Shown: piece by piece, positions 17,667-27,141 of the stretch
How positions within the stretch are numbered: the stretch's first letter is position 1
Layout: each line of letters begins with the position of its first letter
From: Ferrimicrobium sp.
Lineage (GTDB): Bacteria; Actinomycetota; Acidimicrobiia; Acidimicrobiales; Acidimicrobiaceae
Reading direction: 5' to 3'
NCBI RefSeq assembly: GCF_027364955.1
Contig: NZ_DAHXOI010000004.1
Coordinates: 36,850-100,849 of the forward strand
DNA: 64,000 bases
The notes under the pieces: model-generated
What the model was told of the DNA's origin: nothing
Databases searched by the model: none
Seen by the model: the letters and a program-made list of their open reading frames with translations, nothing else
Translations under genes and position numbers: made by a program

Positions 17667-18320
17667 GTGGGAAGACAACAGGTCGAGCAGATCATCAAGC
17701 AACTTGCTAGCCTTTACCCAGGCGATGCAAAAACGTTGTGCGCGCTCCATTTCGAGACCCCATTCCAGCTCTTGGTTGCTACGGTGCTTTCAGCTCAGAC
17801 GACTGACGCCGTGGTGAACTCGGTTACCCAGCCGCTCTTTGCGCGTTTTCCGACGCCCGACGCCCTTGGTTCGGCGGCGGTCGAGGAGGTGGCGCAGCTT
17901 ATCTACTCGACTGGTTTCTACCGAACCAAGGCGAGCCATGTGGTCGCACTTGCGGATCGGATTGCTTCCCAGTACGAGGGGGAGGTTCCGAGCGATCTGT
18001 CCGAGCTCATCTCCCTCCCTGGCGTAGGCCGCAAGACGGCCAATGTTGTCCGGTCTGTCTACTTTGGCCTACCAGGCCTTCCTGTCGATACCCATGTCAG
18101 TCGGCTGTCCAGCCGACTGGGTCTGAGTAGTGCACAGACTCCCGAGGCGATCGAACAGGATCTTTGCACACTCGTTCCCCAGGATCGGTGGGGTTCGTTC
18201 TCGCTGCAACTCATCCTGCACGGCAGGCGCATCTGCCGAGCAAAGACACCTTCGTGTTTTCGCTGTGAGCTCGCTTCCTACTGCGATTCCGCGCCCTCGT
18301 CGGTACGTGTCTCCTCGTAG
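17667..18320 (+). CDS. nth: Endonuclease III (DNA glycosylase/AP lyase)
   Basis: 217 aa. HhH-GPD motif LPGVGRKTANVV. C-terminal 4Fe-4S loop C-x6-C-x2-C-x5-C (CRAKTPSCFRCELASYC). Confidence 0.9.
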   Translation: MGRQQVEQIIKQLASLYPGDAKTLCALHFETPFQLLVATVLSAQTTDAVVNSVTQPLFARFPTPDALGSAAVEEVAQLIYSTGFYRTKASHVVALADRIASQYEGEVPSDLSELISLPGVGRKTANVVRSVYFGLPGLPVDTHVSRLSSRLGLSSAQTPEAIEQDLCTLVPQDRWGSFSLQLILHGRRICRAKTPSCFRCELASYCDSAPSSVRVSS

Positions 18321-18402
18321 ATTCGCACGATGGTAGGGGAGCAAGGTACAGATCACTGATATCTCTGGGCAGCGCTTGTGACGCTGCTTCGCAAAAGATA
18401 GC

Positions 18403-20730
18403 TCAGTCGTCGTTGCCCTGCGTAGGTGGCTCGGGATGGTGAAGTAGTTTTTGGAGGGATCCAGAGAGGCTGATTGCGGCGTCTTTGTCGATCACCTCGT
18501 CGTCACACCGGGGGTCAAGGACACAGAAGGCGCATCCGTTGGCGCAGGAACATTCGGTGATCATGCGCTCGGCGAGATGGAGGGCTTCGCCGAGATGTTC
18601 CATGACTTTGGTGATCATCGCGGATGGATGCGACTTGGTAAGGTAGTAGATCACTATCGACGGTTCGTCGCCGTTGCGGAGGGTGAGGCTCGCCAGATCA
18701 GAGGTACCTCCGTTGGTCAACAGGGGTAGTACTTTGGTGAGCGCGTGTTCAAGCGCATGGAGTGCGGCGAAGAATTCCTCAGGTTCGATACCGAGGTAGA
18801 TGGGGTCGGCACAGGCGATCACGACGGCTTCGGCCGGGCTTGAGATGACGGGGCTGGCGACCTTGCGTTTGGCCACCTGACGTGATTGGTGGTCAAACTC
18901 CTTGTACCCAGTCACCTGCTCTACGACGAGCGCTTCGATACGTTCCATTGCGAGTAGTGGATGGGGCTCGAGGCGCTCAAGCGTTCTTCCTTGAGAGAGC
19001 GATCGAAACAGCGTTGGCTGCGTATGATGGCCATCGGTCTCAGGAATGCAAAAGATCTGTCGATGTTCGGCATCGACGCGTTGCACTCGAAATGGGGTGC
19101 CAAAGTGTAGGAAGACAGCTCCCTTGTGCGCTTCACGAAGTGCCTGGCGGATCGATATGCGTTCCACGGTTCGATGATCGCGTGTGCCTTGAAAGTGGAT
19201 TTCGTAGCTTGCCTCTCGCTCCATGAATGGAGTGGAGAGGTGGGGGCGCTGTCGAGTGGAGAGATAGTGAGCTCCGTCTCGGATCAGAAGGTCACGACCC
19301 AAAAGATCGGCAAGAGCGGCTCTGGCCCCAGGTCCATCAGTCACTGATTCCTCGCTCAGGGGGAGCTCGGCAGCGGCGAGGAGGAGATGACGGGTGAGGA
19401 TGTCGGTGTCGTCAGAGGCGGCGATGGCATGTTCTGGGCTGCGCTCAAGGAGTTCGCTGGCGTTGGCGAGGAGCGAACGAGAGATCGGATCCCCGCCAAC
19501 CATCACGATGCCGAGAGCCTCAAGGTTGGTCCTGCCAGCCCGGCCAAGGCGCTGCCAAAGGGATGAGATCGAACCTGGGTAACCATTGAGTACGACAGTA
19601 TCGAGGGAACCGATATCGACACCAAGTTCGAGCGCGCTGGTGGCTGAGACGCCGCGGATTGCACCCGAACGTAGTTCATGTTCGACTCGACGGCGCATCT
19701 CCGGGGAGTAGCCAGACCGGTAGGGCAAGATGCGATGGCTTCGATCGGAACCTGCCATCGCGACGTACTCCGCCTGGGCACGAGTGTTGGAAAAGACGAC
19801 GACGGAGCGACGCATGCGGACGAGATGACGCGTGAGGTAGGCGGCCTGCGTTGAGGGAGGAGTTTTGGGGTCCCGGGTACAGTCCCAGAAGAGGATCGTG
19901 CGTGCTGATTGGCTGGCGCCACTTTGATCCACCACGACGAAGGGCAGCCCGGTCAGCGTCTCGAGGTGTTCTTGCGGATTGGCGATCGTCCCAGAGGCCG
20001 CGATGAGCACTGGTCGGGCACCATAGTGAGCTGTCAGCCGTTGCAGACGCCACAGTAGGCCCCCGAACGAGGCGCCAAGGCTGCCGACGTAGTGGTGAGC
20101 CTCGTCGATCACCACGACGCTGAGATTGGCCAGGAACGATTCCCAACTTGCATGCCAGCCAAGGTAAAGATGCAGACCATGTGGATTTGAGATAATGATG
20201 CGAGCATTTGCTCGAATCTTTGCCCGTTCGCTGGTTGGTGTGTCGCCATCGTAGACGGCAGGGCGAAGTGATCCACTAAGGCTCCGGTCGAGCTCCTGTA
20301 GGCGCTCGAGTTGGTCGTAGGCGAGCGCCTTTGTGGGGTAGAGAAAGAGAGCGGTCGCCTGTGGGTCCCGGAGGAGCCGCTCAAGTGTCGGCAACACGAA
20401 GGCGAGGGTTTTGCCTGATGCGGTTGGTGTTGCAAGTACCACGTTGGTGCCGAGTTGGACGTGGTCGTAGACAAGCGCCTGGTGCGTATAGAGCTGGCCC
20501 CCTAATGTATCGGCGATGCGTTTGGTCTGCGCTGAGAGTGGGGTTGTGGGTTCGAGAAAACGCGCATCGCGGGCCGGGATGACGATCGTCTGGACAATCT
20601 GACCTTGATAAAAGCCAGCGCGCTCAAGAAGGTCGGCCATTGAGGAGACGCCACCATCGACTGAACGCTCCGACGCGACGGGCGCTCGGTGCGAGAGCGC
20701 TCGAAAACGCGCCTCAAGATCGCTGGGCAA
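18403..20730 (-). CDS. DEAD/DEAH-box helicase with C-terminal DUF1998 Zn-binding module (MrfA/YprA-like)
   Basis: 775 aa. Walker A ATPTASGKTLAF, motif II VVIDEAHHY, motif VI QRLGRAGR. The C-terminus carries a four-Cys cluster, CSCANGCAFCVLDPRC. Confidence 0.85.
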   Translation of the reverse strand: MPSDLEARFRALSHRAPVASERSVDGGVSSMADLLERAGFYQGQIVQTIVIPARDARFLEPTTPLSAQTKRIADTLGGQLYTHQALVYDHVQLGTNVVLATPTASGKTLAFVLPTLERLLRDPQATALFLYPTKALAYDQLERLQELDRSLSGSLRPAVYDGDTPTSERAKIRANARIIISNPHGLHLYLGWHASWESFLANLSVVVIDEAHHYVGSLGASFGGLLWRLQRLTAHYGARPVLIAASGTIANPQEHLETLTGLPFVVVDQSGASQSARTILFWDCTRDPKTPPSTQAAYLTRHLVRMRRSVVVFSNTRAQAEYVAMAGSDRSHRILPYRSGYSPEMRRRVEHELRSGAIRGVSATSALELGVDIGSLDTVVLNGYPGSISSLWQRLGRAGRTNLEALGIVMVGGDPISRSLLANASELLERSPEHAIAASDDTDILTRHLLLAAAELPLSEESVTDGPGARAALADLLGRDLLIRDGAHYLSTRQRPHLSTPFMEREASYEIHFQGTRDHRTVERISIRQALREAHKGAVFLHFGTPFRVQRVDAEHRQIFCIPETDGHHTQPTLFRSLSQGRTLERLEPHPLLAMERIEALVVEQVTGYKEFDHQSRQVAKRKVASPVISSPAEAVVIACADPIYLGIEPEEFFAALHALEHALTKVLPLLTNGGTSDLASLTLRNGDEPSIVIYYLTKSHPSAMITKVMEHLGEALHLAERMITECSCANGCAFCVLDPRCDDEVIDKDAAISLSGSLQKLLHHPEPPTQGNDD

Positions 20731-20757
20731 AGTCTCTGGGTCGTCGCTTGGCTTTGA

Positions 20758-21216
20758 TCATGGCTTCTTCGATTCTAGCCGTCGAATGGCCGACTGCTCG
20801 AATCTCTGCAGATTGCCTCTCCAAATTTTGGTGAGAATTGGTTGGGCGAGGTTGGCCGTAAGGGCCCCACCAATCGCTTTAGGAAAGTGGAGGGTTTCGT
20901 TCCAGGAGAGTAGACAGGTTGTGTTGGTGGCTTCGCGAAGTTCTAAGAGACCTTCGCCAGTGATCAGACCTTTGTGGTGCACCCCAATGGCGCGCCCCTC
21001 ATCCCAACGCGTGATCTCCATTAGGTCGTTAGTCTTAAGCGGCCCAACTTTGGTGAGACAGGTGAATCGCGTGCCTGCTCCTTGATGCTGGTCGGTCACA
21101 AAGTCGATACGAACGGCATCAGCCATCCATTCGACATGGTGGTCGATGGCGGCAAGCTCCTCCCATGCGACGGAAAGGGGAACCGAGAGGCTGCGGACGA
21201 CGTTGATGCTAGTCAT
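20758..21216 (-). CDS. SRPBCC (polyketide cyclase/dehydrase-like) family protein
   Basis: Internal ATG at 21216 of ORF 20758-21585. The 152-aa product MTSINVVRSLSVPLSVAWEELAAIDHHVEWMADA...GPLKTNDLMEITRWDEG is typical of the family. The upstream part of the ORF is low-complexity and overlaps repeats. Confidence 0.7.
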   Translation of the reverse strand: MTSINVVRSLSVPLSVAWEELAAIDHHVEWMADAVRIDFVTDQHQGAGTRFTCLTKVGPLKTNDLMEITRWDEGRAIGVHHKGLITGEGLLELREATNTTCLLSWNETLHFPKAIGGALTANLAQPILTKIWRGNLQRFEQSAIRRLESKKP

Positions 21217-21256
21217 GCTCGTTACAACCGCGCGGGGGAACAATCCTTCCGGCGGA

Positions 21257-21332
21257 GTGTCGTTTGGCCCGTGTTCCGCCAACGTGTCGTTTGGCCCCGT
21301 TGTCAGCCAAAGACGGTGTTCAGCCAAAGACG
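21257..21332. repeat. Two pairs of short direct repeats in the amidase-SRPBCC spacer
   Basis: GTGTCGTTTGGCCC at 21257-70 and 21284-97. TCAGCCAAAGACG at 21303-15 and 21320-32. The two families are near-complementary (GTCGTTTGGC versus GCCAAAGACG). Confidence 0.8.
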
Positions 21333-21398
21333 CTGCTCGTTGGGGCCTCGTGTCGCAGGATCCCGCTAAGTCCATGTTGTAGCCGATGGGGCATTGAC

Positions 21399-22766
21399 TT
21401 AGGGTGAGGGAGGAGCGATCACCTCTCGATCGCGCTCGAGAGTCTCTTGGATGGCTTGCGCCTGCGCAAGCAGCGCCAGATCGGTGTGAGCTTGGCTGAT
21501 CATCGTCATGCCAATCGGTAGGTGGCCGAGAAGGCCGATGGGGAGCGTCAGTGATGGGTAACCCGCCACCGCGGCGGCAGACCAAGATCCAGGGATGGGG
21601 GGATCACCGTTGATGGTGTCGATGAGCCAGGCCGCCCCCATCGTCGGTGCCAGGATGATGTCGGCATCTGCTGTGCTCATGGCTGCCCGCAGCCCCATAC
21701 GCGTCTGTTCTCGGTTGGTGGTTAACGCCTGGTGATAGGTGGCCTCGTCCCATGGATGCGACAGTCCCATGGTGAGGAGTTCCTGACCGAAGAGGGTGAG
21801 TTCTTCTGCAGGGTGGGCAGCATTGAAGGCGATGAGTTCGGCGAGAGACTTGGTGAGTGGGTCATGGCGGTCCCGAAGGTATCGGTCGAGATCCTCGGTC
21901 ATTTCGTACGCGAGGACGATCAGCTCTGCATCCTCATCAGGTTCCAGCGTTCCTTCCCCAACGGCGCTGAGTCTCGAGATGGCATACCCATTCTTGATGA
22001 GGAGAGCGATGACTTCTTCGAAATTGGCGAGGACCTTTGGATTGTATTGGGCGAGCATCGAGTCGACGATGACGAAGTTCGGCCGGAGTGCTTGGTGGGG
22101 TGGATCGACGATCAGGTGAGCGATCTGACGAGCGTCGGCGACGCGATTGGCGAAGATGCCTACCGAATCTTGGCTTCGTGAGAGTGGAGCCACGCCGGCT
22201 CGGTCGATGGCACCCGCCGTCGATTTGTAGCCGACCACACCATTCATGGCGGCAGGACAGAGGATGGAACCGTCAGTCTCTGTGCCAATGGCGACAGGCA
22301 CATATCCCGCAGCGACGGCGACGGCGGAGCCTGAACTTGACCCTCCGGTGGATCGTGCTAGATCGTAAGGGTTGCGAGTGATGCCGCCGCGACCGCTCCA
22401 TCCCGATACCGAGGCGAAACCTCGGAAGTTAGCCCATTCTGAGAGGTTGGTCTTGCCGACGATGTTTGCTCCTGCGGCCCGCAGTTTGGCGATCACAGTG
22501 GCATCGCGGCGCGGTGGATCCAGCGAAAGGGCCAAGGAGCCAACGGTGGTGGGAAGGTCCTTGGTGTCGATATTGTCTTTGACCAGTATTGGGAGCCCTG
22601 CCAAGACTCCAGTGCGGGCAAAGGTCTGGTCCGGATCTGCAAGACTGATGAGTGCGCAGAGCCCGTCGTTCTGTTGGCGGCCCGCTAGTGCGTCGATCAG
22701 CTCAGATCCCCAGTTCGTGCTATCGGGACGGTTCAAGAAATCCTGGATGGTACGAAGTTCGTTCAC
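21399..22766 (-). CDS. Amidase-signature family amidase
   Basis: Signature GGSSSGSAVAVAAG plus PILVKDNIDT and GTETDGSI. I place the start at the GTG at 22766 (AAGGTG lies 6 nt upstream; an alternative GTG is at 22775). The track's longer ORF runs antisense through the neighbouring methyltransferase gene. Confidence 0.85.
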   Translation of the reverse strand: MNELRTIQDFLNRPDSTNWGSELIDALAGRQQNDGLCALISLADPDQTFARTGVLAGLPILVKDNIDTKDLPTTVGSLALSLDPPRRDATVIAKLRAAGANIVGKTNLSEWANFRGFASVSGWSGRGGITRNPYDLARSTGGSSSGSAVAVAAGYVPVAIGTETDGSILCPAAMNGVVGYKSTAGAIDRAGVAPLSRSQDSVGIFANRVADARQIAHLIVDPPHQALRPNFVIVDSMLAQYNPKVLANFEEVIALLIKNGYAISRLSAVGEGTLEPDEDAELIVLAYEMTEDLDRYLRDRHDPLTKSLAELIAFNAAHPAEELTLFGQELLTMGLSHPWDEATYHQALTTNREQTRMGLRAAMSTADADIILAPTMGAAWLIDTINGDPPIPGSWSAAAVAGYPSLTLPIGLLGHLPIGMTMISQAHTDLALLAQAQAIQETLERDREVIAPPSP

Positions 22767-22807
22767 CTGGTTCACCTTAGCAACTGCTGCTGCGCTAAAG
22801 TGATCCG

Positions 22808-23566
22808 GTGACCAGCTTTGGAAGGCAATTCGGGGTAACAGCAGCGACTTATGATCGGGTGCGTCCAGGGTATCCCGACGCGCTGTTTGAGATGCTTGCG
22901 CAAGCCATTCCTGCGGGAGGCTCGGTTCTCGACGTTGGCGCTGGCACCGGTATCGCAACACGCGAGCTATTGCGTCGTGGCCTGCGGGTAACCGCTCTTG
23001 AACCAGATGGCGACATGGCCCGTCAGCTGATTGCACGTAGTGCCGGTGAGGTTGACGTGGTGACCAATGACTTCGAACACTATCGAGGGCCACGCCGAGC
23101 ATTCGATGGCGTTGTCTGTGCGCAGGCTTGGCATTGGTTCGCAGGTCCCTTAGCCCTCCGACGAGTCCGGCGCCTCCTCAGCCGCAATGGTGTGTTCGCC
23201 GCGTGGTGGAATGTGGGTACCATTACCGACGCTCAGCTAGCTAGGGAGCTCGCTGTCATCTTCCAGGAGACAAGTCACCGATTGCCAGTACTGTTTCGTC
23301 GCCCCGACCTAACGGCAACGATCGGCAACCTCGCACGTTTGCTGCAGGGGGATCTTGGATTTGCCCCTCCAGAAGCTCTGCATTTTGTCTCCTCGCTGAC
23401 CTACGAGCCCGGTGATTTTGTAGCACTGATGTCAACCATGTCCGAGGTGCTCGCGCTGAGCTCTGAGGACCGTGACCACGTGCTGGACCGACTGGGTGCT
23501 TGTCTTGGCGATGCAACGGTTGAGGTGGAGTACCTGACCCTTGGGTACCTGGCGATTCGTTGCTGA
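22808..23566 (+). CDS. Class I SAM-dependent methyltransferase
   Basis: 252 aa. Motif I VLDVGAGTGIATRELLRRGLRVTALEPD. Confidence 0.8.
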   Translation: MTSFGRQFGVTAATYDRVRPGYPDALFEMLAQAIPAGGSVLDVGAGTGIATRELLRRGLRVTALEPDGDMARQLIARSAGEVDVVTNDFEHYRGPRRAFDGVVCAQAWHWFAGPLALRRVRRLLSRNGVFAAWWNVGTITDAQLARELAVIFQETSHRLPVLFRRPDLTATIGNLARLLQGDLGFAPPEALHFVSSLTYEPGDFVALMSTMSEVLALSSEDRDHVLDRLGACLGDATVEVEYLTLGYLAIRC

Positions 23567-23859
23567 TACCTTGACGGTTGGGTAAGGACAGCCTTGATGT
23601 CGGCGGTCTCTTGCTGCCAAACTGAACACCCCGTTATCAGCGTTGTCTTGGCTACGCACAGGTTGGGGAGTGCAGCATGCGGGCTGCGATCGTATTCGGG
23701 GGAGACGTTCGAGGCGCATCGTGCCTTGTGAGTTTCTGATGCCGGTATCGAATATGGTCAAGCCACAGCTCCACTTCGCCTCCAAGCTCCGACACGACAG
23801 GAACACGATCCCGAGAGGATCGAAGAGTTTGTCGTTCTGGATCAACGAGTCCGAGAGCG

Positions 23860-24258
23860 TTAAGAATCGAGGTGGAGGGCGGTAGCGACGATACTTGACA
23901 GGCGACCGTCAATCTTCTCGGCAGCGGGATCGCTTGGAGCTCCCGCCAATCGCGCGAGACTTTCGACGACGCTCGCCAACCACACCTCAGTGCCTTGCGG
24001 TGTTTCGCGGACCAGCAGTCTTGGTGGTAACTCTAACGCAAGATCAGGATAGCTGCTGATCAGGTCGGTGCCAACTTTTGGATTGCCAGTCGTGATGACG
24101 ACGGTGGCGGGTAGGTCGAGGCCGACGTTGACCGCATTTTCACCATGGTCAATGGTTGCAAAGAGCATCATGCCCGCCGATTCCATCGCGCCGGTAATCT
24201 CGGCGACGGCCGCAGAGACCGACATGCTGGTACTGGCGACAAATTTGGCCATAGTCAA
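23860..24258 (-). CDS. DUF302-domain protein
   Basis: 132 aa. FATIDHGENAVNVGLDLPATVVITTGNPKVGTDLISSYPDLALELPPRLLVRE resembles DUF302 proteins as I recall them. Confidence 0.65.
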   Translation of the reverse strand: MTMAKFVASTSMSVSAAVAEITGAMESAGMMLFATIDHGENAVNVGLDLPATVVITTGNPKVGTDLISSYPDLALELPPRLLVRETPQGTEVWLASVVESLARLAGAPSDPAAEKIDGRLSSIVATALHLDS

Positions 24259-24622
24259 TAACGTTAGTGCAAGAGAGGGCGAATCAGTTTGGTCAGCGAT
24301 GATTCATGCACGTTCGATCTTGGGTTGTTCGAACTGGAATCGGGTGACGTGATGCATCTAACACGTCCTGTTTTTGCGACGATGGTCACGCTGAGGAGCG
24401 TGTGTACACCGTTGTCATAGTCCAAGTACAACTACCCGCGAAACCCCCGCATCGCGCAGTGTCGGAGTTTCTCGTCGTCCCCACCACAGTGTGAGCAAAT
24501 CGCCCGACGTGTACATGGTGCAAGTTGACGAGGACGATTCACCGCTGCTGCTTGTTGGCAAGGATGAATCATTGGCAAGGATGAGCGACAAGGTTAGGGA
24601 AGTGTGATCCTCGATTGGCAGT

Positions 24623-24676
24623 CTTCATCGGGTGCACGGCCTTGATCGAGTGGACGGCCTTCATCGGGTGCACGGC
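24623..24676. repeat. 18-bp tandem repeat x3 (units 1 and 3 identical)
   Basis: CTTCATCGGGTGCACGGC / CTTGATCGAGTGGACGGC / CTTCATCGGGTGCACGGC. The array lies downstream of the aldo-keto reductase gene. Confidence 0.85.
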
Positions 24677-24813
24677 GCGGCGCAGCCAACCCATCGGTTG
24701 GCGAACGGGCCTGCCTGCAGCAAGTGATGTGTTGATTCCTGTGCAAAGCGCTGCAAGTGCGGCTCGTATCGTCCGCACAAGCAGCGTTGCGCTGTTAGTC
24801 GAGGCTCCCTAGC

Positions 24814-25809
24814 TTACTGAGCCTCGAGGATGGTACGGATATCGGTGAGGATCTCAGGCGTGAGCCGTTCGTAGGCTGCCTGAGCACCCAGGTTCTCCTT
24901 GAGCTGTGCCTGGTTCGATGCGCCGAGGATCACGGTGGAAACCTGCGGGTTTGCCAGACACCAGCCGATAGCGAGTTGGGAGAGGGTGACATCGAGTCGC
25001 TTGGCAATCGGTTCGAGTTGTTTGACCATGGCAGCGCTCTTTGGGTCGGTCAGCATCTCCCGGAGCCACTCGTAGCCCGGCAACGATGCGCGTGAACCTG
25101 CGGGAATACCGTTCGCATATTTTCCCGTCAAAAGACCTGAGGCCAGAGGACTCCAGGTGGTAAGGCCGATGCCCTCCTCGTCGAGGAGACGCTTGTACTC
25201 GACCTCTACTTTGGTCCGCTCAAGCATGTTGTATTGGGGTTGTTCGACAACTGGTGCATGGAGATGATGTTGTCGTGCTACCGCGATCGCTGCACGGATC
25301 TCGTCAGCCGACCACTCGGATGTGCCCCAGTAGTGAGCCTTATGTTCGGAGACGAGCTCATGCATGGCAAAGACGGTCTCCTCAATGGGTGTCTCAGCGT
25401 CGGGACGGTGGCAGTAGATCAGGTCGAGGTGATCGAGGCCGAATCGTTCGAGAGATGCATTCACGGCTTCGATGAGGTACTTGCGGTTGAGGGTGAACTT
25501 GGCGTTGACGGTGTCATGGATGCCCCAGTAGAATTTTGACGAGACAAGGTAGCTGTGTCGTGGCCAGCCGAGTTGCGCGATGGCGGCTCCCATGATTCGT
25601 TCGGACTCGCCACTTGAGTAGGCTTCGGCGTTGTCGAAGAAGTTGATACCCTGTTCGTACGCGTAACCGAGTATCTCTGTTGCTTCGCCTACTCCAATCT
25701 GTGGGCCAAAAGTGACCCATGAACCGAACGAGAGTTCTGAAACCTTGATTCCTGCACGGCCTAGACGTCGATAATTCACGATATACCTTTCGTTTGTTTG
25801 GGACTCCAT
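24814..25809 (-). CDS. Aldo/keto reductase (Kv-beta-like subfamily)
   Basis: Catalytic tetrad context FDNAEAY / SSKFYWG / [27 protein letters not shown] lies near the N-terminus. I chose the ATG at 25809 (331 aa); the track's GTG at 25914 adds a Ser/Pro-rich extension. Confidence 0.85.
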   Translation of the reverse strand: MESQTNERYIVNYRRLGRAGIKVSELSFGSWVTFGPQIGVGEATEILGYAYEQGINFFDNAEAYSSGESERIMGAAIAQLGWPRHSYLVSSKFYWGIHDTVNAKFTLNRKYLIEAVNASLERFGLDHLDLIYCHRPDAETPIEETVFAMHELVSEHKAHYWGTSEWSADEIRAAIAVARQHHLHAPVVEQPQYNMLERTKVEVEYKRLLDEEGIGLTTWSPLASGLLTGKYANGIPAGSRASLPGYEWLREMLTDPKSAAMVKQLEPIAKRLDVTLSQLAIGWCLANPQVSTVILGASNQAQLKENLGAQAAYERLTPEILTDIRTILEAQ

Positions 25810-26560
25810 TCTATCCGGCCTATCTTCAGGAACTGGTTTCGGTCCATTGTGCAGTGGCATGCGCGAGGGCGGAAGGGCTTGAGAAGAGGCTGAACTATCG
25901 TCGTCCTTGGACACCCTGGGCGTCCAGACTCATCGCCGGCGGTTTGAGCCGCACCGTGCCTGACCACAAGTTTTCACCTTTGTGTGGAATCGTTCAGTCC
26001 TCAGTCGCTGTGCGGGTGCAGGATCTAGTGTCGTGGTGGTTTCCGGCGGTCGCAACCGAGACTGGGTGGGAGAGGTGTCAACCGCGCGTCGATAGGTGGT
26101 TCCCAGCGGTCTAAACATGCTTTGGTGTCATGATCGCTACTCAACTTGTTCCAAAACAAACTTGTTCCAGAATAACGACGCGACGTAGTGCGAAGGAGGA
26201 CCGTGCTCTAGTGTGCCCAACCGATTGGCGCCGTAACGGTCGGATGGCGTTGTAGCGGTGCTGCGAGATGAATCGGGGTGACAGGTGAGAGTGTCTGGGC
26301 TGTTGCACCAGGGGAGAACGATGGCAAGACAGAGAAGGTCAATGCATGGGGTCACCATCGACCGTGGCCCCCATCTGGGTTAACAGTCGGAGGTCTTGAT
26401 TCGGCGATAGCGCCGACGGGGGTACTATGGAGGGTACTGATTTTTGTGGTTCGGTCACCGAGTTGGATACCGTTGCGGCGAAGACCTGATGGACCCGCAG
26501 GGATGCCCATTGCCTGGGCCAAGAGAGGTGTTGTGGTGATCAGTAAAGCGAGTACCGAAG

Positions 26561-27052
26561 GTGAAGCTCTTGATGGTGGCTGATCGTCTGCAACAGGCCT
26601 TTGAGGAGAAGTGCCACCGTCAGGGTTTCAAGATCACGAGAGAGCGCCAGCGAGTGTTTGAGGCGTTATTGCGCCAGGAGCATCCTGTTACCCGGTCATA
26701 TCTGTTGGCTGAACTCACCAATGAAGGGATTCACCCTCCAACGCTGTATCGCACCATCGATGCCTTTGTGGCGGCGCAGATCGTACAAGCAATCTCCTTG
26801 AGCGGTGATGTCGGCTACGAACTTCTGCCGCCGTTTGCACCACATCATCATCACTTTCATTGCTTGAGCTGTCAACGGGTGATCGGATATGAGGTGACAC
26901 CGGGTGCGGAGCTCGACGAGACAGCGATGCCTGGCGAGGCTCTCTATCACCAAGTCGATGTCTATGGCGTCTGCAATGAATGCCGTCAAGAAAGCCAGAA
27001 CACCAGCTCAGGAGCACACCTGGAGGTCTGTGTTGTTGACCGGTCCAAGTGA
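26561..27052 (+). CDS. Fur-family metalloregulator (Fur/Zur/PerR type)
   Basis: wHTH region ITRERQRVFEALL. Metal sites HHHHFHCLSCQRV and VYGVCNEC. The ATG at 26573 with GAAGGTG upstream is an equally good start. Confidence 0.85.
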   Translation: MKLLMVADRLQQAFEEKCHRQGFKITRERQRVFEALLRQEHPVTRSYLLAELTNEGIHPPTLYRTIDAFVAAQIVQAISLSGDVGYELLPPFAPHHHHFHCLSCQRVIGYEVTPGAELDETAMPGEALYHQVDVYGVCNECRQESQNTSSGAHLEVCVVDRSK

Positions 27053-27141
27053 GAGCCATCACATTGAGGGGAGCAATGAGATCAACGTGAGCCACGATGG
27101 TAGAAGAACTGGTGTGGAATTGGTCAACGTCGTCGTGAACG

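Noticed and set aside
21217-21585. N-terminal extension of the SRPBCC ORF (track 20758-21585)
   Set aside because: The extension is Pro/Arg/Ser/Asp-rich. It overlaps the amidase 3' end and the direct-repeat spacer. The SRPBCC fold begins at the internal ATG at 21216.
22767-23102. N-terminal 112-codon extension of the amidase ORF
   Set aside because: It runs antisense through the SAM-methyltransferase gene and is Arg/Gln-rich. The amidase homology begins only after about 22770, and a GTG with an AAGGTG RBS is available at 22766.
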